Shown here: in pieces, positions 24,361-36,224 of the stretch | Numbering within the stretch: the first letter of the stretch is position 1 | How the letters are laid out: each line of letters opens with the position of its first letter | Source of the DNA: Octopus sinensis | Lineage: Eukaryota | DNA: 64,000 nucleotides | Direction of reading: 5' to 3' | Assembly: GCF_006345805.1 (NCBI RefSeq) | Contig: NC_043008.1 | Location: forward strand, 248,001-312,000 | Translations under genes and position numbers: made by a program | The notes under the pieces: generated by a model | Told to the model about the DNA's origin: nothing | Seen by the model: only the letters and a program-made list of their open reading frames with translations | Database searches by the model: none

Positions 24361-24550
24361 CTAAAATGTCTTCTTGACGAATTTCGTTTTTTTCACTTTC
24401 CCGAGGAGAAGATTGCATTGTTCATACCATTTATTCTTTTGAATAGTATCAGTGGAATTTTCGAAACATGTGTCGAAAGTAAAAATATTGATTACACCTG
24501 CGTTAACTTCATTTTTTTTATTCATATATATATATATATATATATATACA

Positions 24551-24829
24551 TTCATATTTACCATAAAGCTTGAGATCATCCATAAATAACAAATGGTTGA
24601 CTTTTTGCTGGCGGCTTTTGAATACATACCCAACATTTGCTTTCCTCAGAATCAGTGTTAGTGGTATCAAGCAAAGTAGAAAGATCAGTGGGGACAATCA
24701 CTCCCCTTGGAAAATACCCCTCCTGATTTCTACTCTCCCTAAACTTCTTCCGTATCCTGCCAGGTCCGTCCTCCAATTCGCCATACTTTTCCCAAGCAAT
24801 CGCTCAACATTCGATGCAATACCTATTTG
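24551..24829 (-). pseudogene. R4/Dong-like non-LTR retrotransposon RT fragment
   Basis: 93 codons with one stop: ..MANWRTDL..LGRVEIRRGIFQGE*LSPLIFLLCLIPLTLILRK..GY..KVNHLLFMDDLKLYGK; MDD at 24575-24583. Confidence 0.9.
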
Positions 24830-24856
24830 GTATTATTATTATTATTATTATTATTA

Positions 24857-24889
<33 letters not shown>

Positions 24890-24902
24890 TTATTATTATT
24901 AT

Positions 24903-24933
<31 letters not shown>

Positions 24934-24997
24934 TATTATTATTATTATATATTATTATTATTATTATCATTATTATTATTATATATTATTATTATTA

Positions 24998-25040
<43 letters not shown>

Positions 25041-25056
25041 TATTATTATTATTATA
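24830..25056. repeat. (ATT)n microsatellite
   Basis: Read directly. Confidence 0.95.
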
Positions 25057-25538
25057 CACACACATATATATATATATATGCATAAACAAACATACATATA
25101 GACGTACAGTGTCACATGTGATTATGACCAAAAATGTTTTACCTGTATTCTTGAATAGAAAATACCTTCAACCATATAACCTGTTAATTAAATTTGTAAA
25201 CGGAACAATGAAAATATGTAGATTGTATAGAAGTTTAAGCAGATATTTGTATATATTATTCAATGCAGAAGTTACGGTCGTTCGCTAATAATGTGTAGAT
25301 TCCTGATTTCTGACTTTTCAGTTATTAGGCATTAAATATAACTGTAAAAATAAGTTTAAAATTCATAATTTGTTCAGGGATCCTTTCGCTAATATGCATT
25401 AATATTTATGTGTATGTATGATATGTTTATATATATTTATGTACAATATATATATACATATATATGATTGTGCGTATATAATCTATATTATGTGTATAAA
25501 GATATATAATTATATTAATATGTATATATACACACAAA

Positions 25539-25603
<65 letters not shown>

Positions 25604-25945
25604 CATGGATGTGTATATATATGATATATATATATATGTACAATATATATATATGTGTATATTATAGATAAATTCCTCTACATAATATCGAGGTTTTATT
25701 TATTCCTTTGTTGCAATATTCTTCTTTTTCTTCTTCTTCTTCTTCTTCTTCTTCTTCTTCTTCTCTTCTTCTTCTTCTTCTTATTATATCATATATATAT
25801 ATATATATATATGTATGTATATATATGTATATTTAATATGTACGTACGTATGTATTGTTTACATTTGGTAATGTTTTCTTACATTTACTCTATTAAATTC
25901 CATCCTACTCGTATTTGCCCAGTTTATTTAATTTTTTGTTGTATT

Positions 25946-25987
25946 TTCACGAGTACTTTCACATTTTAACAACTGTCGTCAGGTAAA
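25946..25987 (-). ncRNA. Minimal type I hammerhead ribozyme (42 nt)
   Basis: Helix I UUUAC/GUGAA, CUGACGA, short helix II CAGUU/AAAUG, GAAA, palindromic AGUACU, CUC cleavage triplet at 25951. Confidence 0.68.
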
Positions 25988-26167
25988 TGCTTACATAGCA
26001 GCGATAATAATATCTGGGTAAATACATACATAGCAGCAGGAACTGTAATTAAGTGACATTGTTGTATTGTTAGACACATTGTTGCATAGGAAAGTACATT
26101 CTTGTATAGTGAATCACATGCTTTTGTGTAAATATTTTAAACTCGGCTTAAATTCATATTAAAATTA

Positions 26168-26259
26168 CTATACATTCAGAACCGGCTTGAACATTAGATA
26201 AAATACTATTCTTTTGCTTGTCTTTTAAATTCACTTGAACGATACAGCTTATGTAGACA
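26168..26259 (-). pseudogene. Penelope-like element GIY-YIG endonuclease C-terminal remnant
   Basis: ..EFKRQAKE*YFI, 1-nt frameshift, MFKPVLNV* resembles the R..KE.YFI..FKP.LN end of Penelope ORFs; an HHR lies ~180 nt downstream on the same strand. Confidence 0.6.
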
Positions 26260-27314
26260 CATTTACAATCTAATACATATACATATGCACAGATAGACAT
26301 ATATACATATACATATATGTGTGTGTTTATAGGTATTTTCTCCCCATCCCTTTTTCACCATCTTCTATCTGCTTTTATCTCTCTCTCTCTCTCTCTCTCT
26401 CTCCCTCTCTCCCATGTTTCTCTTTTTTCATTCTCGTTACCCACACATGACTATTGGCCACCTTTCCTTTCCTCATATGACCTTCTTTCTTTCTCTGCGC
26501 GGACTTTCAAAGGACTGGACATTCTTTTCTCTTTCTTCCATCTTTTCTCTTTTCAAAGAAAATATTTCTCCCAGCGTTCAATATTTTCCTCTCGTTCTGT
26601 TCTAACGTCCTTCCATGTTTGTTTTCGTTCCTTGTATGTTTCCCTTGTTCTGCTTTTGTTCCCAAATTTGACCCTCCATAAATCCTCAATTTTATTTTAG
26701 AATTTATGGGAGCAACAGTCTTTGGAGACTCATATTGTCGTTGAATGTTCAAAATGAGGAGTAGATAGACAGCCAAATACTGGTGAAGGGTTCTTTCTCT
26801 GTGTTTACTTGCCCTGCTCTCCATTTTTCTCTCGTTGTTTACATATTTAACACTTTTGTCTGTATACAGATATATAGATATATATATATGCACACACACA
26901 CACACGCACACACACAAACATGCAACATATATATTAAAAATTTACAAGAAGACGGAAGAGAGTGACTTCGCAGTTTCAGCGTAGTAGTCTTTGCGAGACG
27001 AGGCCGAAACTTATTGAAGTTACTGTCAACCTTATTCTTATAAAAGTTTCATAAACATTTACTGCAGAAATAGTATTGAATAACTCTTCAGATTAGCGTT
27101 AAATTCGTCTTTTTATAACTTGACACTCATCAGAGTACCATATCTCTTATAAGAATAGCATTAATCATTCAAGGTCGTTCAATTTTTCTCAACCGATCAC
27201 CGATCAATTGAACAATTAATCGAGGAACGAACCTATAATGATTATCGGAAACAACTGTAAGTCGAACTTACTACAGTAAAAGAATATATAATATCTACTA
27301 TTTATACATTGTCT

Positions 27315-27355
<41 letters not shown>

Positions 27356-27474
27356 GAGTATAGAAATTCGGGGTGAGTACTTGATAATTATAAGCACCTG
27401 TGTATACCGTTTGGTGGTGTAGGTGGTGGAGTAAATTGATCAAAATAAAATAAAAACATGATGCGAAGGATTCA

Positions 27475-27552
27475 GCGGTACATATGTTTCGGGCCTTTAT
27501 TAGACAGATTTATAACAATGCATAATGTATGTCTGTGGCCTTCTTCAGCCGC
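27475..27552 (-). ncRNA. Type I hammerhead ribozyme with extended helix II
   Basis: Helix I GCGG/CCGC, CUGAAGA, GGCC/GGCC plus ACAGA/UCUGU, GAAA, palindromic ACAUAUGU, GUA site at 27479. Confidence 0.72.
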
Positions 27553-28535
27553 GCACAACAGCTTCCACAAGGACATGTGTTACATCAAAAATTCTTGGTT
27601 GGGGATGCAAATCCTCTCGTTCACGTACGACATAATGCGGCAGCAGCATAGAATTGAAGCGTCCATCTCTTTCTTCTCTCAATGTAGAATGAGGAAAATT
27701 GGATGTTGAGGTAATGTAAATAAATAAATACATATATAGAGGTGAAGATGGAGGGGCGAGAGTTCGGGACGAGGGATAAAAAATGTATAAAAAGTGTAAG
27801 TATAGAATAATATAAAAATGTAGAGGATAAAGATATAAAGAGTTGTAAGGAGATGTAAAGGGGGTATAAAGAAATATAAAGAAATATAAATAAATGTAAA
27901 GGCATAAGTTATAAAGTAAAAATAGAAATAGAAATAAAAGTAAAAAAACCTGATAAACCATGATAAAAGTGTAAAAGAATGTAAAGATAAGGGATGTATA
28001 GAGGTTACGGACCAAGCATGGTGGTCAGGAGATTGATAAAATTTAGTTGTAGAATTGTCAGTAAATCAACAGTTTCGTCTGGGGACTTAATGCGTTGTAA
28101 ATCAGAGCTGATGAGCATTTAATCTGGTTCCTTGAATTAAATGGACTTCTAGTACATACATATCATCATGGATACATACACCCACATACACGCGTACATA
28201 TACGCCTCCAAGCCTATAAGCATACACACGCACTCGCGCGTAACTGCAGTTAATGTCTTCTTAAAAGAGACAGATAAAGAGAGAATGAGAGAGGAAGAAA
28301 GAATGAGAGAGAGAGGGAGAGAGAGCGAGAGAGAGAGAGAGGGGAAACAGATGTTTGTCGGAAGATTGTACCTTATTTAACGGTTCTGAAATAATTGAAG
28401 CCAAATTAGTTGACCTCAGTGGAATTTGAATTCAAAGAATTGGGAGCGAAAACGATGGTGATGTATTCAATATTGCAATAAGTCGCCCTAGAAATTGAAT
28501 TATAACTGACCTAAAATACCCGTGTCAAAATTTAG

Positions 28536-28737
28536 CACAAGGCCGGCAGTTTTTGCAGAGGGAGTAAATCGATTATATCAACCCCTGTGCTCAAAAGGTA
28601 CTTATTTTATTGCCTCCGAAAGGATGAAAGGCAAAGTGGGTCTCGGTGGAATTTGAACTCAGAACGTAAAGACGGACGAAAATGCCGCTAAGCAATAAGC
28701 CCGGCGTGCTAACGGTTCTGCTAGGTCGAGGCCTTAA
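28536..28737 (-). mobile_element. SINE S1
   Basis: GAAAGGATGAAAGGCAAAGTGGGTCTCGGTGGAATTTGAACTCAGAACGTAAAGACGG. Confidence 0.8.
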
Positions 28738-29305
28738 CCGACCCAAAATACTAATGAGCATTTTATCCGGTACTTTACAGATCTTCTTTTTCTCTACCTT
28801 TATTCCGCTTTCGTTGCGACATCTTGCATCCAAGGGCTGCGTCTCGGAGGAAGTTGTGATGGCCAAGTGGAATCCATAAGTGAAATAGGTCAAGTGTATC
28901 GCCTGCAGTTGGGAGTCAAAACCGAGGCGGTGGTCATTAACTTGCAACTGTTACAAGGACGTCCGCCACTTCCTTAATATGCGGTGTTAATTTGGGAACC
29001 TGAAATAATACAACAGATAGCGCCAGACTGTCTGGTAAAATTGTAAGTTTAACCGGATATTTCATATATACATATATTCGCTTCCAGTCTTTCGTCCTTG
29101 ACCAGCGATTAATTTGTGGGCAGGGTCAAGTAACAAAGTCTTGTCATCATACTTTTGGAATATATATATATATATATATATATGCATACATGCCTACATA
29201 TGTACATATTCATGTGTTTACTTACACACACATGCACACACACTCTCACACACATCTGTGTGTATATATATATATATGCATGTATATATATATACATACA
29301 TACAT

Positions 29306-29371
<66 letters not shown>

Positions 29372-29974
29372 CTATATAATGATATATCTTAATATATATT
29401 ATCCTATTAAATATAAATGACTGAAAAATGATGAGCCAACCATAGTCAGAATCGAACCCACATATCAACGCTAACATGAGTCTTCCATAGTAGCTTTCTC
29501 TACGTAATTTACGAAGCCTTTCTGGTTTGGTTACAAAAATATCATATATATATATATATGTATTATATATAACTTCAAGAAAGTTTGGGGTTGTGAATCC
29601 AACCCACTAAGGGATAATATCTATCCAATATACTGCTGGTAGAATACCCAATTATTAATACACATATTATTCGTTACATATAAGATATAAGATATAAAAT
29701 ATAGTAATATATAATGATACCAGTAATTATTATAAAATAGACATGCTAAATTTTATGCAATCTGCTCATCTTCAGTAATTTATTGGTATATACGGTATTC
29801 TTAATCGGAAAGATAAAAAGGTAAGCTGGAGGTTAGAAAGCCAGAGTTTTCAAACTAATTTTGATAAAAGTAAAATTATCGATTGAACCAATCCCAGTTT
29901 ATTAATTCTACTTAATTTTCTAATTGTCTGAGACGTCTTGTTAAATGGATTACGTTTTCAATATTTGAGTCTTT

Positions 29975-30190
29975 TTGTGTATCTTTCTGTCTGTGCTTGT
30001 CCCTCCCCCGCCACCACTCGACAACCGGTGCTGGTGTACTTACGTCCCCCGTAACGTAGCTTTTCGGACCGATAGAATAAGTACCAGGTTTTAAAAGAAA
30101 TAAGTACTGGGGTCGATACGTTCGACTAAAAATTCTTCAATGATGTGCTCCAGCGAGGCCACAATTTAATGACTGGAAAAAGCAAAAGAT
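29975..30190 (+). mobile_element. SINE S2, 3' half
   Basis: GACAACCGGTGCTGGTG..ACGTCCCCGTAAC..GACCGATAGAATAAGTAC. Confidence 0.75.
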
Positions 30191-30732
30191 AGAAAAAAAT
30201 ATTTAAATCTGAATTCTGATTTTTATGTTGTGAGTTCAAATTTCCCCATGGCCGACTTTTTCTTTCATCTTTTCCTGTTCGATGAAAAATACCAGTTCTA
30301 TGCTCGGGCCAATGTTATCGGCTTTCTGCTCGCCTCAGATTTGCTGGCTCAGAATTGGCAAAACCACAAAAATAGAAAGAATATTTTCATCTGCATTTCG
30401 ATCTATTCAGTCTCCAATATTCAGCTGGTCTCTTATTCCGTGGTGCGTACACAGTATTGGTTCCAAATGTTGACACAAGGACAGACATTTTGAGACCAAG
30501 AAACTGTAGTAAGGTTTTAACGAAAAGAATGATTCTACCTTGAAAAGCTGAAATTTCTGAAAGTAATAGAAAACCACAGCAGAAACCTATTATCATCAAA
30601 TAATTTAAGCTGTAGGCCTAATGGGGTCACCAGCTCAGTATTACCTTCTGCGTTCAAATTATTTGAAGGTGAACAGATGTGGTCGAAATTTCAATATTTG
30701 TACATCGTCTGTTACCGAGTAGATATGCGTGA

Positions 30733-31040
30733 AGGTGCGTAACCCACTGATACGGGTAGGTATTCGGCTCTCGATTGTAAGGTCGTAAGTTCGATTCACA
30801 GAGGCATGTTGTACCCTTCAGCAAGACACTTTATTTCCCTGCGCTCCAATCCACTCAACTGGAAAGCATGAGTTTTATATGTAATTCAAAGGACAAGCCT
30901 TGCCACATTCTGTGTTACGCTGAATCTCCCTGAGAACTACGTTAAGGGTACGGGTGTCTATTGAGTGCTCAGTCACATGCACGTTCAATTCACGAGCAGG
31001 CTGTTCCGTTGATAGGATCAAATGGAACACTCGATGTCGG
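30733..31040 (+). mobile_element. SINE S3
   Basis: GTAAGGTCGTAAGTTCGATTC..AGCAAGACACTTTAT..CTGAGAACTACGTTAAGGGTAC. Confidence 0.8.
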
Positions 31041-31802
31041 ACAATTACAGTTAAATGTGCGTTATTACACTTAACTTACTCAGCAAAATTAATACTTCGA
31101 AATAAAGAGTGATATAACGTGTGTAAAACAGAAATAAGCTGTTTCACAGACGGAATTATTGAAAAGAAAAAAAATTTCGTCTCTCAGAAGAAGTAAATAG
31201 TCCGAAAAACTTTGTCAATCAATTTCAGTGAAATATAAAATCGCCCCTGGCTAGATTTGAACAGAGTGCTTTGCGAGAAGAAAGACTAAAAACTATGATA
31301 TTTAAAAGTTCAGCAATATCGGCCGTCTCCTCTCTTTTGGACTGAATTATCAAGAACATAAGTAGCTGTAAAATGTTATTCTTTATTGGCCGTCTTATCA
31401 ACGACTCGACAACCACAAGCACATTTCTTTTTAAAGACGTCAGCTATATTGATAATCTTGTCAACTATTGAAAACCTCAAGGGTTCTTGTCTCTTCTGTC
31501 TACTTCTGAGCTAGCGTCTATTTGTGTTATACGACCTCTGGACAAGACACAGACTTGCAATACACTGAAGTTTTTCTTTCTTATAATTTTACTGTTATAT
31601 GATCGATGTAATGATTTATTGAATGACCAAGTGTTGTAGGGCGTTAGAATACGTTTTATAGTCATATGTTTAATAGTTACATTGTTTAATAGTAACATTC
31701 ACAATGTAACTGATGTAACGTAATGTAATAGCGACTGTTGGCCTATGGGGTCAATTTTAACTGGTTCCTATTTGGTCAGCGGTGCGGTCGCCCAGTCGTC
31801 TA

Positions 31803-32160
31803 TCTTTTACTTGTTTCGGTCATCGATCAGCGGCCATGCTGGAGCACTACCTTGAAGGGTTTAATTGAACAATGGGACACCAGTATTTCTGTTTTTTAAA
31901 GTCTGGTACTTATTCTTTCGGCCTCATTTTGCCAGATCGCTAAGTTACAAGGACGTAAACAAACCAACATGGGTTGGTCAAGCAGTAGTGGGGACAAACA
32001 CAAAGACGCTCGCCCCACCACATTCACACAGCTTCCGTTTACAAAACCCACTTAAAGTTTTGGTCGGCCTGGGCCTGTAGTAGAAGACACATGTCCAGGA
32101 TGCCTCGCAGTGTAACTGAATCAGAAACCATGTGTTTGTGGAGGAAACACAGCCACGCCC
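31803..32160 (-). mobile_element. SINE S2, near full length
   Basis: Reverse complement of the 53507 copy. Confidence 0.8.
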
Positions 32161-32268
32161 GTTTGGATACCATTATCACTGATTATCATTGTCGAGAAAA
32201 CAAATATTAAGCAATTTCTATGTGATAACTGAACTGATTAACTAATAAACAATTAGTTATTTCTTATA

Positions 32269-33097
32269 CAGAATGTCTTAGGATCAACAACTTATTTCAA
32301 TGAAAACGAGCAACTTAATTTTAAAAGAAAACAGACAATTTTATGTCTATTATTTAATTATGATACCAAAACAAATATATTTATAAATCTCACGTCAAAA
32401 TTTTATTGAAATTTTTTCAACATGTGCTCCGTCTGTATCCCAGCAAATGTCAAATCTATCTTTAGCGTGCGAGACGCATTTTGAAGCATTTCAGGAGTTA
32501 TCTCCTGCACTGCTAACTGAATACTTTCTTTAAGACCAGCTAAACTATTGGTCCTTCCTGAAGCTGGAGGTAAAGAAAATGTGTGCAGCCAAATTGAAAA
32601 AAAGCCGCCTTGGACAGATAAGTGGAATCCAACGGGAAAGAAAATAAAATTACAAGAAAAATTATAAGAATTATACAATTATAAACAAAATGAAAAATTT
32701 ATGCAATTTTAATACATATTAAACATTATAAACAAAAATAAAAGTGAGTTTTAAAAACATGTTCGATTTCACTGAAATAGATAGTTAACCCGTAAAGCGC
32801 TAGGATTTGCACTTACATAGCATGAACTGCTGAGCGCATTTTGTGAAAATGAGACTACCATGAACACATAAAAAAAATAGTTAAAATGTTTTACATCATC
32901 TGAAAAGTCATTAGTTGAACTATTAGTCCTCTTGCATTCTGGGGGGTACATCAGAGCGTTTGAGTGACATTAGACCCCCAACAGACGCCCATAAATGAAA
33001 TGCACATATCTGGGCCACGATCGTGGCCTGGTGACCTGTGCCTGACGGCCACGAGCGTGACCTGTCGCGCTTTAAGTTTTAATTCTGGGATACCCTG
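32269..33097 (-). mobile_element. Old Tc1/mariner-type element, internally deleted
   Basis: TA|CAG...CTG|TA ends with TIRs differing mainly by transitions. C-terminal remnant TNSLAGLKESIQLAVQEITPEMLQNASRT, frameshift, RFDICWDTDGAHVE at 32416-32552. Confidence 0.82.
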
Positions 33098-33103
33098 TAT
33101 TAA

Positions 33104-33220
33104 TACAGTTCTATATTTAAGAGCATATGGCGTAGTGGTTAAGAGCGGGCTACTAATCCCAAGATTCCGAGTTCGATTCCAGGCAGTGACCTGAATAATA
33201 ATAATAATAATAATAATAAC

Positions 33221-33275
<55 letters not shown>

Positions 33276-33447
33276 GTAATGATAATAATAATAACATTAA
33301 AAAATACCTTAGGAATGAGAACCCAAGCTCGAAATTTCCCCAAGACACCTAATGAAGGCTGGCGGGGGTGGGGGTATATCAGCTGAAACGTTGTGTTAAC
33401 AACAAACAAGATGAGGACAAATATCTGTCAAATGTAAACAATGTAAA
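33104..33447 (+). mobile_element. Family B composite: TA-CAG terminal motif, tRNA-like head, (AAT)n, hammerhead
   Basis: TACAGTTCTATATTTAAGAG 33104-33123, A box 33128-33138, B box 33169-33180, (AAT)n 33195-33296, HHR-like 33344-33397. Confidence 0.8.
33344..33397 (+). ncRNA. Hammerhead motif with core mutation, probably inactive
   Basis: GACAC-CUAAUGA (G5A)-A-GGCUG..CAGCU-GAAA-CG-UU-GUGUU. Confidence 0.6.
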
Positions 33448-34120
33448 CACTTGTATTGTTAAGACAAAGGAAACTAATAACACTCCAAATATTTGGAAGG
33501 ATAGGAAGCTTCAAGCAGATTGTGTACCCCACTAGCTTTGAGTTTAGCACCAAATGGCACAAACCAAATACCATTCCACTAACATTGAGAAATATAAAAA
33601 AAATGATCTTCAAACGAGTTTATCTGATAATTCATGAAAACATCGTTGGAATATAACATCAATTTAGAAGTAAAATGCAAAACAAATGAATATCATGAAT
33701 ATTTATCAGAAATAGATAGGAACAAGTTGTAATTTAGTTTGTAATAAGATAACACAGAGATGCTAAGATATATCCACAAATCAATAAAAGTCGATATGTT
33801 TATCATCAAGGAGGATATGTGTATTATTATATACAGTTTACAAGAAGTAAATCATTTCTGGATACTGAATGTAATGTTATGAAAGAAGTCGGAGACATAA
33901 ACACGTCCGGTGTTTTCGGAAGAATTTAATTTCTATTGAATTTTAATAACACAAACCGGGAATCAAAAGATAAACGCCAATACATGCAGTGTTCGAATTT
34001 TAAAGTTACCAACTTTGCTTAGATAATGAGTGAGTCAAAGTTTCATTCAAAAGTTGACCAGCTTTATCAAATTATGCACGTACATATTGACAGACCGTTA
34101 TATATATATATATGCGATAA

Positions 34121-34246
34121 GAAAATGGAGGGAAAATAACAATAAGCAGTGTGTCTTTTGCGCTAGGAAGCTATTATTTAACTAATTAAATAATAGCTTC
34201 CTAGCGCAAAAGATACACTTCTTATTGTTATTTTACCTCCATTTTC
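34121..34246. repeat. 126-bp near-perfect fold-back
   Basis: 61-bp arms with 3 differences around a 4-nt loop CTAA. Confidence 0.92.
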
Positions 34247-34276
34247 ATATAACTTTGCAAGAAATTCTGCAAGAGA

Positions 34277-34331
34277 ATGTAACAAAGCCTTGTGAGTGAT
34301 TTTGGTAGACGAAAACTGAAAGAAGCCCTTC

Positions 34332-34389
<58 letters not shown>

Positions 34390-34608
34390 ATATGTATGTA
34401 TGTATATGTGTTTTTGTCGCCTCGCCATCGCTTGACAACCGATGTCGGTGTGTTTACGTCCCCGTAACTTAGGTGCTCAGCAAAAGAGACCGATAGAATA
34501 AGTACTAGGCTTACAAGGAATAAGTCCTGGAGTCTATTTCTTCGACTAAGGACGGTGCTCCAGCATGGCCGCAGTCAAATGGCTGAAACAAGTAAAAGAA
34601 TAAAAGAA
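34277..34608 (+). mobile_element. SINE S2 lacking head
   Basis: AAAGCCTTGTGAGTG...GGTGCTCCAGCATGGCCGCAGTCAAATGGCTGAAACAAGTAAAAGA. Confidence 0.85.
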
Positions 34609-34609
34609 C

Positions 34610-34642
<33 letters not shown>

Positions 34643-34923
34643 AAACCACTCTCCATTTTATAACGCCTTTCGAAGATTTTACAATTTCTGCCGTTGAATT
34701 TCCATATTCATCGACCCTTGAATATTTGTACCTTATTCACTAAATCTAATTAAAGAATCTGAACTATTGGATAAAAACCGCACCATGTACCCCACCTACC
34801 CGCCATAAAAATGAATGTTAGTTCGCAAATGGTAACTTGAAATTTAAGTAACTCTGTGTCATGACTCGGTATCTGAAATAATAATAATTATGTAAATGCA
34901 CGGAAAGACTAACAGCAGTGAAA

Positions 34924-35097
34924 TACAGTTCTATATTTAAGAGATGAAGAATTATTTACATTATTTACATTTGACGGATATTTGTCCTCATCTTGTTTGT
35001 TGTTAACACAACGTTTCGGCTGATATACCCGCCAGCCTTCATCAGGTGTCTTTGGAAAATTTCGAACCTGGGTTCTCATTCCTAAGGTATTTTTTGA

Positions 35098-35177
<80 letters not shown>

Positions 35178-35237
35178 TTACTGCTTGGAATCGAACAAGG
35201 AATCTTGGAGTTAGTAGCCCGCGCTCTTAAACACTAC
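34924..35237 (-). mobile_element. Family B composite element, second copy
   Basis: tRNA-like head 35173-35237, (AAT)n 35098-35172, intact HHR, ends CTCTTAAATATAGAACTGTA. Confidence 0.82.
35005..35050 (-). ncRNA. Minimal type I hammerhead ribozyme, intact core
   Basis: GACAC-CUGAUGA-A-GGCUG/CAGCC-GAAA-CG-UU-GUGUU; palindromic ACGU helix III; predicted cut between 35010 and 35009. Confidence 0.78.
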
Positions 35238-36224
35238 TCCCGCGTGCATTTGATTAATTCAGTATTTTGAATTCACATTCTTCGAAAAACAAATCACTGA
35301 GGCACTATAATTACTATAAAATTAAATGACTCGATAAAATAAATTAGAAATGCAATCCATAAATGTAAGGCATAAACTGGGAAGAACCAGAAACCGAAAT
35401 TACACGAAATTCTAATTCTTATTGAAATTTATTGCATAATTGATCATTTGTTAGTGATTACATCATACAATAACTGCTACAGCGCTACTAATTGCGTTAC
35501 AAATTACGAAAAAACGTATTTAACGTATTTTTACCTGCGTACATTAATATTTTTAAATATTTTAATATTTTCTACATAAATTTAATGTAAAATTTTAATA
35601 TTGTTGAAGATTAATTTTGAATTCAAACTATTTTGATAATAATAAATAATTAATATATTGTATGGATATTCGTTTACGTTACGACATGATGGAATTCATA
35701 ATGAAACATTAACAGGAAGAAACAATTTGGAGCCGTGATTGGAAAACATTTTGGTTTGGCAGTTACGATTCATCTGTGGGAGTGTTACTGGTGTTTATAA
35801 ATAAATTTATGCTTGTACTAACATGCTATCTTAAAGAGAGTGGGGTGATCTAGTTTTCAATGTAGTTTATGAAAAATGAGAGTTAAAAATTAAGGGATAT
35901 TTTGTTGTTATTTATAGCATACACAGCGAGTATGTATAAGTTATTCGGTATAACAAAATAAACCTCAAGTGGTTAGCAGTAGTTACTTAATTACTTTTTG
36001 GTATAAATTTTAAAACCATCTCCATTTATGAGCAAGTAGTCAAAGAAAAAAAATTGAACAAAGAACTTTGAAAAATTTTGGCCAACGGATCGATCTTGGT
36101 AAGAAAAATTAAAGAAAATTGCAATACGTAAAGTGACTAAAGCGGTTATTTCCAGTAGCAGAAAAGCGAAATTTGAATAACTTGCATTTTGTGATGTACA
36201 TATTCGTAACGTCAATCATGTAAG

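Noticed and set aside
27031-27140. Two CUGANGA motifs on the minus strand
   Set aside because: One lacks U16.1 and a stable helix II; the other has GAAU and no helices I or III.
33124-33195. tRNA genes at SINE heads (also 5583, 6335, 53507)
   Set aside because: A/B boxes are present but there is no complete cloverleaf, and each continues into a repeated SINE body.
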